Assembly (NCBI GenBank): GCA_036496285.1
Contig: DASXLI010000019.1
Coordinates: forward strand, 8,244 to 72,243
From: Candidatus Binatia bacterium
GTDB taxonomy: Bacteria; Desulfobacterota; Binatia; UTPRO1
Direction of reading: 5' to 3'
DNA length: 64,000 nt
The notes under the pieces were generated by a model. It worked only from the letters and a program-made list of their open reading frames with translations, was not told the DNA's origin and did not search any database. Made by a program: the position numbers and the translations under genes. Shown here piece by piece: positions 56,966-64,000 of this stretch; the stretch's first letter is position 1; each line of letters starts with the position of its first letter.

Positions 56966-58141
56966 ATGTGGACGTCTCGACGCCTCGTCCTCGCGTGCTG
57001 CGCGGCCTTGCTGATCAGTCCACGCGTACACGCTGCCACCCTCCTCGTCGCCGGGAACGGCGTCGATTCACCCGACTGCGGCGGCAAGACCGCGCCATGC
57101 CGGTCGATCAGCCGTGCCGTCGCGCTCGCGGGCCAGGGCGACACCATCCTCGTCGGACCGGGACGGTACGGCGATATCGATCAGAGCGGGACCTTCATTG
57201 CTCCGGGTGACGAGGCGGCGGAGGTCGGAACGGGCTGCAATTGCATGCTGCACGTCACCAAGCGTGTGACCATCGTCTCGCGTGACGGTGCCGGCACCAC
57301 CATCCTCGACGCCAACGGCGCGACGATCGACGTCGTCCGCATCGACGCCGCCGCGACGATCTTCGGCAAGAAAGGTCAGGGCTTCACGCTGACGGGCGCC
57401 AAAGGCGCCGGCAACGGCCTCGTCACGGAGGCCGAGTCGGTCACGATCGCCGGCAACATCGCCTTCGCCAACTCCGGCAACGGCATTGCCATCAGCGCGG
57501 GCCACGCCATCGTGAGCGACAACCGAGCCGTCGCGAACGCTGACGGAGGGATCGATTGTTCCGGTACGAACGACTCGACCTTTGCGCGGAACACCGTGAT
57601 CGGAAACGGCAACGTCGGTCTCGAAGCAGACAATCGCAACGTCCTCACCGACAACCTCGCGCTGGACAACGTCGGCCCCGGCATCGACGCGCAAAGCGGC
57701 AACACGCTCAAAGGAGACGTCGCGCTCGGCAACGGCGATCGCGGTATCCAGCTCGACGACGACAATACCGTCACCGCCTGCGTGGCGAACGCCAACCACA
57801 ACGGCATCAACCTCGCCGGCCACGGCAATACCGTCACGAAGAGCGCGGTCCTCGACAACTTTGGTGTCGGCATCCTCGTGGGCGACGTGGGCAACACGAT
57901 CAGCAAGACCAACCTCTTCGGCAACGGCATGGGCGTGGTGAACGTCCCCAACGCAAACTTCAACTGCGCCACGCTGATGTCAGCCGCCGGCGCGCTGCAG
58001 GCGACGCAGAACTTCTGGGGGGCGCCCACCGGCCCGGGCCTCGACCCGGCAGACGCCGCCTGCAATGCGATCGGCGGAACGACGAACCTCGTGCCGGTCG
58101 CCACCAAGGAGATCAAGGTCCGCCCCCCGGCGGCGCACTGA
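56966..58141 (+). CDS. secreted right-handed parallel beta-helix repeat (NosD/PbH1-like) protein
   Basis: A signal peptide is followed by LVAGNGVDSPDCGGKTAPCRSISRAVALAGQGDTILVGPGRYG. Many coils of the form NxxxxNxxxGI follow (GNGIAIS, DGGIDC, NVGLEA, GPGIDA, DRGIQL, HNGINL, GVGILV). Confidence 0.8.
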   Translation: MWTSRRLVLACCAALLISPRVHAATLLVAGNGVDSPDCGGKTAPCRSISRAVALAGQGDTILVGPGRYGDIDQSGTFIAPGDEAAEVGTGCNCMLHVTKRVTIVSRDGAGTTILDANGATIDVVRIDAAATIFGKKGQGFTLTGAKGAGNGLVTEAESVTIAGNIAFANSGNGIAISAGHAIVSDNRAVANADGGIDCSGTNDSTFARNTVIGNGNVGLEADNRNVLTDNLALDNVGPGIDAQSGNTLKGDVALGNGDRGIQLDDDNTVTACVANANHNGINLAGHGNTVTKSAVLDNFGVGILVGDVGNTISKTNLFGNGMGVVNVPNANFNCATLMSAAGALQATQNFWGAPTGPGLDPADAACNAIGGTTNLVPVATKEIKVRPPAAH

Positions 58142-58193
58142 GCCCGCGGCCCGCGTTGCCGATCATCGGTGATCGGGTGCTAGAAAAGCGCGC

Positions 58194-59777
58194 ATGACTA
58201 GGCCGACGGTGGCGCGCTGGATCACGCTCATCACCGTCGCGGCGATCCTGGCGGCAGCCCTGCTCGCGCACGTGGGGTTCTTTCGCCATGCGGGCGGTCT
58301 CTGGCGCGACGAGGCCGGGACGGCGGCGTTTGCGCGAATGTCGATCACGGATCTCCGAGCGGAGCTGCGCTACGATTCCGTGCCCCTCGTGTCGACGCTG
58401 CTCTTCCGGAGTTGGACGGCGATCGGTTTCGGCTCGGATACCGGCTTGCGGACGCTGGGACTCGCAGTCGGGTGCGCGGTCCTGCTCGCGCTCTTGCTCA
58501 ACGCGCGCATGCAAGGTGCGGCGCTGCCGTGCTCGCTCGCGCTCTTCGCCTGCCTTCCCTGGGTGATCCGCGGCGGTGACGCCGTCCGGCCGCTCGGGCT
58601 CGCGATGGTGCTCATCGTGATGACATTCGCGGCCGTCGGCGCGCTGCTCGAGGCGCCGCGGCGCGGCCGCGTCGTCGCCGCCATGGCGTGTGCGGTCCTC
58701 GCCGTCCAGACGAGCTATGCGAACGTGCCGCTCGTAGCCGCGATCACGCTCGCCGCGATGATCGCGGGCGGTCGCGCACACTGCCGTGCTCGTGTGCTCG
58801 CCGTCTTGGCCGTCGCGCTCGCGGCGGCCGTATCGCTTTTGCCGTACGCCCCGATGATCCGGGACGCCCAGGATTGGGGCGTGCTCATGCAAGTCCACAA
58901 CGACCTCGCGCGCCTGTGGCTGGTGTTTCGCCGCGCGACGACTCCCGACACCGGAGTGTGGGTCGCCGCCGTCACCGCCGCTCTCGTCGCCGGGGTCGTG
59001 ACGATGACGCGCACGCGGAGGAAGGGCGACGAGGGGGAGGCGAGCCGGGCGGTGTACGCGGGCGCGACGCTCGGGCTCGCCGTGGTCGCGTTCGTCGCGT
59101 TCCTCTCGTGGTCGGAGCTCGCGACGCAGCCGTGGTACTACCTGCCGTTGCTTGCACTGCTCGCCGCGGCCATCGACGTGCTCGGCGCCCCATTTCTCCG
59201 ATCGCCCGCGCCGCGCATCGCGGCGTGCATCCTCCTCGTCGGCTGGATGACCGCGCACGTCCCGAACGCCTTGGCGCAACTGCGCGTGCGCCAGACCAAC
59301 CTCGATCTCATCGCCGCGAAGGTCGCCGAAGCGGCGGGTCCAGCAGATCTGGTCGTAGTGAATCCGTGGTTCTACGCGACGACCTTCGACCGCTATTACC
59401 ATGGACCGGCGCGATGGACGGTGATTCCGCCGCTCGCCGAGACGCGCATTCACCGCTACGACCTGCTGAAACGGTGCATGCAGGACGTCGCGTGCATCCT
59501 ACCCGTCGAGCAGGAGATTCTCGCCACATTCGCCGCCGGTGGGCGCGTCTGGGTCGCGGGTTATCTGCCGCCCGGCTCGGGCGGCAGGATCCCGCCGCCC
59601 CCCGCGGCGCCGGCGGAACTCGGCTGGAACATCGACAAATACAGCGACGCGTGGGGAAAGGCGGTGATCACCGCGATCGTCGACCGTGCGATCGGCTCGA
59701 GAAGAGTCGCCGTCGAGTCGTCCGACGAGGTGAGCACGTACGAAGACGCGGCGCTGTTCGTCATCACCGGACGGTGA
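58194..59777 (+). CDS. polytopic membrane protein, GT-C (ArnT/PMT_2-like) glycosyltransferase candidate
   Basis: The N-terminal TM region contains GLWRDEAGTA and DSVPLVSTLLFRSW, resembling the GT39/83 first-loop motifs. About ten hydrophobic segments are followed by a soluble C-terminal domain. Confidence 0.5.
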   Translation: MTRPTVARWITLITVAAILAAALLAHVGFFRHAGGLWRDEAGTAAFARMSITDLRAELRYDSVPLVSTLLFRSWTAIGFGSDTGLRTLGLAVGCAVLLALLLNARMQGAALPCSLALFACLPWVIRGGDAVRPLGLAMVLIVMTFAAVGALLEAPRRGRVVAAMACAVLAVQTSYANVPLVAAITLAAMIAGGRAHCRARVLAVLAVALAAAVSLLPYAPMIRDAQDWGVLMQVHNDLARLWLVFRRATTPDTGVWVAAVTAALVAGVVTMTRTRRKGDEGEASRAVYAGATLGLAVVAFVAFLSWSELATQPWYYLPLLALLAAAIDVLGAPFLRSPAPRIAACILLVGWMTAHVPNALAQLRVRQTNLDLIAAKVAEAAGPADLVVVNPWFYATTFDRYYHGPARWTVIPPLAETRIHRYDLLKRCMQDVACILPVEQEILATFAAGGRVWVAGYLPPGSGGRIPPPPAAPAELGWNIDKYSDAWGKAVITAIVDRAIGSRRVAVESSDEVSTYEDAALFVITGR

Positions 59778-59838
59778 CCGCGCGGACGAGCGCGCCGCGT
59801 CGACTCCATTCGGGCGCGACCGCGACTCCGCTGCGACT

Positions 59839-61641
59839 CTACGGAGATTCTGCTCCGGTGTGCGTACGCTCCGCGAGAACCGCCGCGAGGTTCGCGCGCG
59901 CCGGTGCGAAATCGGGTCGAGCGCGCAGCGCCGCCCGGAACTCGGCCTCCGCCTCGGCGAGCCGTCCTTCGTTCGCGAGGACGATCCCGAGGTTGTTCCG
60001 CGCCTCGACGAGATCCGGATCGAGCACGCGCGCGCGCTCGAGATGTCGCCGTGCGGCCTCCGTGCGCTCCTGGCTGAGCAGGACGTTGGCGAGATCGTTG
60101 TGATCCATCGCGCTCTCGTGCGTCGCGAGCGCCTTGCGATACTGCGCCGCGGCCGCGGCGTACTGCCCGCGGCCGACGAGCAGCCGCGCCAGCTCACGCC
60201 TGGCGCTCACGTAGTCGGGACGAAGCTTGAGCGCCCGTCGATAGCGGGTGATCGCCCGATCGACGCGACCCTCGCGGGCATCGATCCCCGCGAGCGCGTA
60301 GTACGCGATGGCCGCGCGCGGATTGCGCACGAGCGTCGTCGTCCAGAGCGTGGTGGAGTCGTGCCAGACCTGCGTCTGACGCCACGTGAGCACGGCGAGT
60401 AGCGCCAGCACGGCGGAGAACCCGACGGCGCCGGCGCGGCGCGCCGACGTCGACTGCCACCAAGAAAAGGCGCCGATCTCCCACACGACCGCGGTGAAGA
60501 TGCCGAGGAGCGGCAGATACGTGTACCGGTCCGCCATCGCCTGGCCGCCGACCTGAACGATGCCGATCACGGGCAGCAGGGTGACGACGTACCACGCCCA
60601 GCCGACCGCGATGTGCGGACGCCGTCGGGCACCGGCGATCGCGTAGACGGTCACTCCGACGACGAAGGCGGCCGAGGCGACGACGACCCCCGGCGACAGC
60701 GGCTCGCCTTCGAGCGCGGGATGCGAGTACCAGGGCGACAGCCGCGCCGGCCACACGGCGAGCTCCAGATAGCGGACGTACGATACGACGGCGTTCGCGA
60801 GGCGTGCCCCGATCGGGACGAGGCTCCTGTCCCGGATGCCGCCTTCCGCGCGTTGCGCGGCGACGGCGACCGTCGCGGCGACGGCGGCGAGCGCGGCAAA
60901 CGGCGCCTTCTCGACGATCGCACCCCGCGACCAACGACCGAGCGGCCACCAATCGAGCAGCAGCAGCACGAGCGGCAACGTCACGCCCATGGGCTTGGCC
61001 AGGAGTCCGGCCGCGAACGCGAGCATCACGACCGCGTAGCGCGAGGCGCTCGGCCGCCGCGCGTATGCGACGTACGCGCCGAGCGCGCCGAGCCAGCAGA
61101 GGGCGCTCAGGAGATCCTTGCGCTCCGCGATCCACGCGACCGATTCGACGTGCAGCGGATGCAGACCGAAGAGCGCCGCCACCGCCGCGCTTCGCCACAG
61201 CGCGCCGGTGAGCGCGCGCCACACCACGAACACCAGCACCGTGTTCGCGACGTGCAGGAGAAGCGCGGTCGCGTGATGCCCGACGGGATTCAGGCCCCAG
61301 AGCGTGCCGTCGAGCGCGTGCGACAGCCAGGTGAGCGGGATCCAGTTGCCGGTATGAAACGTCGTGAACGCCCACCGGACGTTCGCCCACGACAGCCCGC
61401 GCACGTACGGGTTCCGCAGGACGTAGATGTTGTCGTCCCATTCGAGGAACTGCCCGCGGAGCGCCGGCGCGTACGCCGCGACGACGACGGCAGCGAGTGC
61501 CAGCGCGACGACCATTGGTCGCGCGGTCAGCACGGACGAGGACGGTCGCGGCGGGGCGTCGCCGGCGCCTCGCGCCGTGCTCGCGGGACCGCGCGCGGGG
61601 GCGGCCGTCGGTCGGCGCCGGCTCATGTCGGCAGGAAGCAT
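59839..61641 (-). CDS. TMTC-like membrane protein: polytopic N-terminal domain fused to C-terminal TPR repeats
   Basis: Contains YAPALRGQFLEWDDNIYVLRNPYVRGLSW....TGNWIPLTWLSHALD (PMT_2/DUF1736-like). C-terminal TPR units include AIAYYALAGIDAREGRVDRAITRYRRALKLRPDY. The start is uncertain. Confidence 0.7.
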   Translation of the reverse strand: MLPADMSRRRPTAAPARGPASTARGAGDAPPRPSSSVLTARPMVVALALAAVVVAAYAPALRGQFLEWDDNIYVLRNPYVRGLSWANVRWAFTTFHTGNWIPLTWLSHALDGTLWGLNPVGHHATALLLHVANTVLVFVVWRALTGALWRSAAVAALFGLHPLHVESVAWIAERKDLLSALCWLGALGAYVAYARRPSASRYAVVMLAFAAGLLAKPMGVTLPLVLLLLDWWPLGRWSRGAIVEKAPFAALAAVAATVAVAAQRAEGGIRDRSLVPIGARLANAVVSYVRYLELAVWPARLSPWYSHPALEGEPLSPGVVVASAAFVVGVTVYAIAGARRRPHIAVGWAWYVVTLLPVIGIVQVGGQAMADRYTYLPLLGIFTAVVWEIGAFSWWQSTSARRAGAVGFSAVLALLAVLTWRQTQVWHDSTTLWTTTLVRNPRAAIAYYALAGIDAREGRVDRAITRYRRALKLRPDYVSARRELARLLVGRGQYAAAAAQYRKALATHESAMDHNDLANVLLSQERTEAARRHLERARVLDPDLVEARNNLGIVLANEGRLAEAEAEFRAALRARPDFAPARANLAAVLAERTHTGAESP

Positions 61642-61699
61642 TGATCGGCTGCTCGACGCAAACGGGTCGTCGCGGCCGCCGCGTGCGGCGGCTGTCCGC

Positions 61700-62074
61700 T
61701 CACTCCACTTTGGGCGCGACGCGCAGGATGTCCCAGCGGCGCAGATGCACCTCCCCGGCCGGCGCCCCGCGGCGTTTGCTGACGTCGCGTACGCGGCAGA
61801 CGTGGACGTTGACGCGGCGGGCGTTCCGGGCCTTCGAGTGCCAGGCAGTGAGCTCCGCGGCGCGGGTCAGCACCGCCTTCGGGACGTCGGGCTCGTCCTC
61901 GGGGACCCGTACCACGACGTGGCTCCCCGGCGTGCCTCCGGCCACGTGCATCCAGTAGTCCCGGGGATCAGCGACCTCGAACGTCAGCTCGTCGTTCTCC
62001 TCGTCGCTGCGGCCGACCAGGATCTCCCAGCCGTCGACGACGACGCACCGGTATGGACGCCCCTTGCTCCCCAT
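61700..62074 (-). CDS. stand-alone NFACT-R (DUF814) domain protein
   Basis: 124 aa containing ILVGRSDEENDELTF, DYWMHVAGGTPGSHVVV, AAELTAWHSKARN and VHVCRVRDVSKRRGAPAGEV. Confidence 0.75.
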   Translation of the reverse strand: MGSKGRPYRCVVVDGWEILVGRSDEENDELTFEVADPRDYWMHVAGGTPGSHVVVRVPEDEPDVPKAVLTRAAELTAWHSKARNARRVNVHVCRVRDVSKRRGAPAGEVHLRRWDILRVAPKVE

Positions 62075-62083
62075 CGCGCGACG

Positions 62084-62968
62084 TCAGCGCTGGCTGCCGT
62101 ACTCGACGATGCCGTAGCCGATCCGGTCGCCGCAGCGGAACTCGGTGATCGCGTCGTCGACCCGGGTCGGCCCGATCTGCACCGGTCCGTGCGCCAGGAC
62201 GCGCCCGCTGATGCTCCAGTCGCGGCCCCGCGCGTCACGCAGGGCGACGCGCACGGCGGTGTGGTCGTCGGTCGCCGGATCGTGCGTCCCTTCGACGTCG
62301 AGCGAGGCCGCGTCCATCGCGTCCGTGCCGTCCCACAGGCAGCCGATCGTGATGAATGTCTCCGGGGCGAGCCAGACCTTCACCGCGTTGAACGAGAGGT
62401 CGTCGCCGAACTCGCCAGACACGTAGTACCAGCGGTTCAGACGCGTCCAGTCGCGCTCGCCGCCCCACGAATGGTCGCGGTGGCCGAAGGCGCGCGTGAT
62501 CGCCACCCGCTCGGTGCCGACGCGCACCTGGCCGCTCACCCAGCCCGACTGCTCGAGGTGGCGCTGCATGTCCTCGACCGGCACGCCCTGCGGCACGGGC
62601 CAGGGATGTGCCGGCGAGAACGCGGTCCACTCGACGTCGATCCCGACCTCGGGCGCCTCGTACGTGAGGCGCCAGCGGCGGAGCGGCTCCGTGCAGCGGT
62701 AGGTCACGCCGCCGACGGTGACGCCGCCGTCGATGTCGCCGGCCGGCACCGGCCGCGCGAGCGAGGTGGCGTCGTGGAGCATCGTGCCGTCGCGGGTGAT
62801 GAGCATCCACACGTTGGCGAGGTTCTGCAGGGGCAGGAGGCCGATGCGGGTAACGACGCCGATCCGGCTTGCGGGGTCGTAGAACGGGAACCACCACGAC
62901 TCGTTCCAGAGCGGCTTCGCGGCCGCGCCTGGCACGTGTCGACGATCGTCGGCGGCGGTGACGGTCAT
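62084..62968 (-). CDS. conserved hypothetical protein (beta-rich, HRDHSWG motif)
   Basis: 294 aa containing WNESWWFPFYD and FGHRDHSWGGERDW. The family name is not confidently recalled. Confidence 0.55.
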   Translation of the reverse strand: MTVTAADDRRHVPGAAAKPLWNESWWFPFYDPASRIGVVTRIGLLPLQNLANVWMLITRDGTMLHDATSLARPVPAGDIDGGVTVGGVTYRCTEPLRRWRLTYEAPEVGIDVEWTAFSPAHPWPVPQGVPVEDMQRHLEQSGWVSGQVRVGTERVAITRAFGHRDHSWGGERDWTRLNRWYYVSGEFGDDLSFNAVKVWLAPETFITIGCLWDGTDAMDAASLDVEGTHDPATDDHTAVRVALRDARGRDWSISGRVLAHGPVQIGPTRVDDAITEFRCGDRIGYGIVEYGSQR

Positions 62969-62970
62969 GG

Positions 62971-63444
62971 CTATCCTTGCGAGATGCGGTTCAGGAGCGG
63001 GCGCTGCGTGCGCATCACGTCGCGCAGGGCCTGGTTCACGAGATGCCTGCGGAGCGGCGCAACCGCCTCGACCATGCCGGGGCTGTCGTGCGCGCCGTCG
63101 GCCACGATGAGCGCGTCGACGAGAGCGCCATCGAGCGCGCGGCCGCGCGCCTCACGCTCCGTCTCACCCTTGGCCGCGAGCAGTCCCGCGCGGACCCGGG
63201 CGCTCTCGGCGTGCAGGCCGAGCGCCTCGAGCCTGCCCGCGAAGTCGGCGAGCGCCGCCGAGGCGCCGCTCAGCTCCTCGTCGCGGACGTCGGCGCGCCA
63301 TTCGACGAGATCCTGCACGTTGGCGAGGACCTCGATCGCGGTGAAGACGAGGCCGCGCGCGGCGCGGTCGCCGACCGCGGGCAGCACGTCTTCCTCGAGC
63401 GTGCGGGCGACGCCGGCGAGAACGGTGGCGGGAGGCAGTCGCAT
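62971..63444 (-). CDS. hypothetical helical protein
   Basis: 157 aa lying between the phosphotransferase and the HRDHSWG protein, with 2-10 nt spacers. No family recognised. Confidence 0.5.
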   Translation of the reverse strand: MRLPPATVLAGVARTLEEDVLPAVGDRAARGLVFTAIEVLANVQDLVEWRADVRDEELSGASAALADFAGRLEALGLHAESARVRAGLLAAKGETEREARGRALDGALVDALIVADGAHDSPGMVEAVAPLRRHLVNQALRDVMRTQRPLLNRISQG

Positions 63445-63454
63445 CGCGCGCTTC

Positions 63455-64000
63455 CTACAACAGTCCGCGGGCGTTCGCGATGGCCGCGGCCATGTAGCCC
63501 CATTGGTGATCGAAGAGCGCCATGCGGAGATCGCGCGTGCGGCCCTCCCGGAAGGCGTGCAGGCCGGTCAGCATGATCGCGGCCATCTTCACCGTCGCCA
63601 GCACCTCGTAGAAGCGCACCCGCTCCGGATCGACGCGCTGCCCCGACAGCTCCTCGTAGCGCGCGTACAGGCGCTCGCGCTCGAGCAGGTGGCACATGTA
63701 CGGCGACTCGCCGCGCCAGAGCGCCATGCAGGCCCAGCCGAGGTCCTCCATCGGGTCGCCAAGGTGGATCATCTCCCAGTCGAGGATCGCGGCGATGCGG
63801 CCGTCGTGAACGAGGAAGTTGCCGGTCCGGTAGTCGCCGTGCACCAGAGTCGTCGCGTCGGCGGTGGGGCGGGAGCGGCGCAGCCAGAGCAGCGCCTCGG
63901 TGAGGACCGGGCGGGGCGGCCCGCTGGCGCGGTCGATGTAGCCCTCCCAGCGGGCGAGCTCGCGGCTCGCGGCACCGTCACCCGCCGACGGCGCGCCGAG
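63455..64000 (-). CDS. aminoglycoside/choline-kinase-like phosphotransferase (APH fold), C-terminal part; gene runs off the right edge
   Basis: The frame is open to position 64000. It contains LVHGDYRTGNFLV (Brenner HxDxxxxN) and ILDWEMIHLGDPMEDL (DxE). Confidence 0.8.
   Translation of the reverse strand, partial: LGAPSAGDGAASRELARWEGYIDRASGPPRPVLTEALLWLRRSRPTADATTLVHGDYRTGNFLVHDGRIAAILDWEMIHLGDPMEDLGWACMALWRGESPYMCHLLERERLYARYEELSGQRVDPERVRFYEVLATVKMAAIMLTGLHAFREGRTRDLRMALFDHQWGYMAAAIANARGLL

Overview
This is a very GC-rich chromosomal segment (GC judged by eye, not computed). It probably comes from an uncultured diderm bacterium: it carries BamD, ExeA/GspB and a Gld-type ABC module, and the gene content has a Myxococcota/Deltaproteobacteria/Binatia-like flavour. 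The lineage cannot be fixed from sequence alone. I can support about 65 protein genes and saw no rRNA, tRNA or CRISPR array. Most of it is housekeeping: polA, polX, fabF, hemB, hisC, purU, a tal-zwf-glk operon, an ECF-type transporter operon, a GldA/F/G-like ABC module, an ECF sigma/anti-sigma operon, exeA/gspB, and envelope acyltransferases and GT-C-like proteins. Sulfur assimilation is represented by sat, cysC and a CysO/CysM thiocarboxylate-type cysteine module. The most interesting items, in order: (1) The cysO-cysM pair is bracketed by two complementary, partly degenerate ThiF/MoeB-like genes. One has the full adenylation site but lacks the N-terminal RYSRQ arm. The other keeps that arm but has a dead nucleotide loop. 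This suggests a eukaryote-style heterodimeric E1. CysO also carries a two-residue extension after the Gly-Gly. (2) A lipoprotein with a cohesin-like module sits between two secreted enzymes that share near-identical dockerin-like repeats. (3) An FGE/SUMF1-like gene is interrupted by a single in-frame TGA at a likely Trp position. (4) The transaldolase carries a 111-residue histone-H1-like basic tail. (5) A phospholipase C/P1-nuclease-fold gene is translationally coupled to the ECF transporter. (6) A small lower-GC islet holds inverted repeats and a recombinase remnant. Many long antisense ORFs in the track are high-GC artefacts. All functional calls rest on motif recognition by eye; no searches were run.
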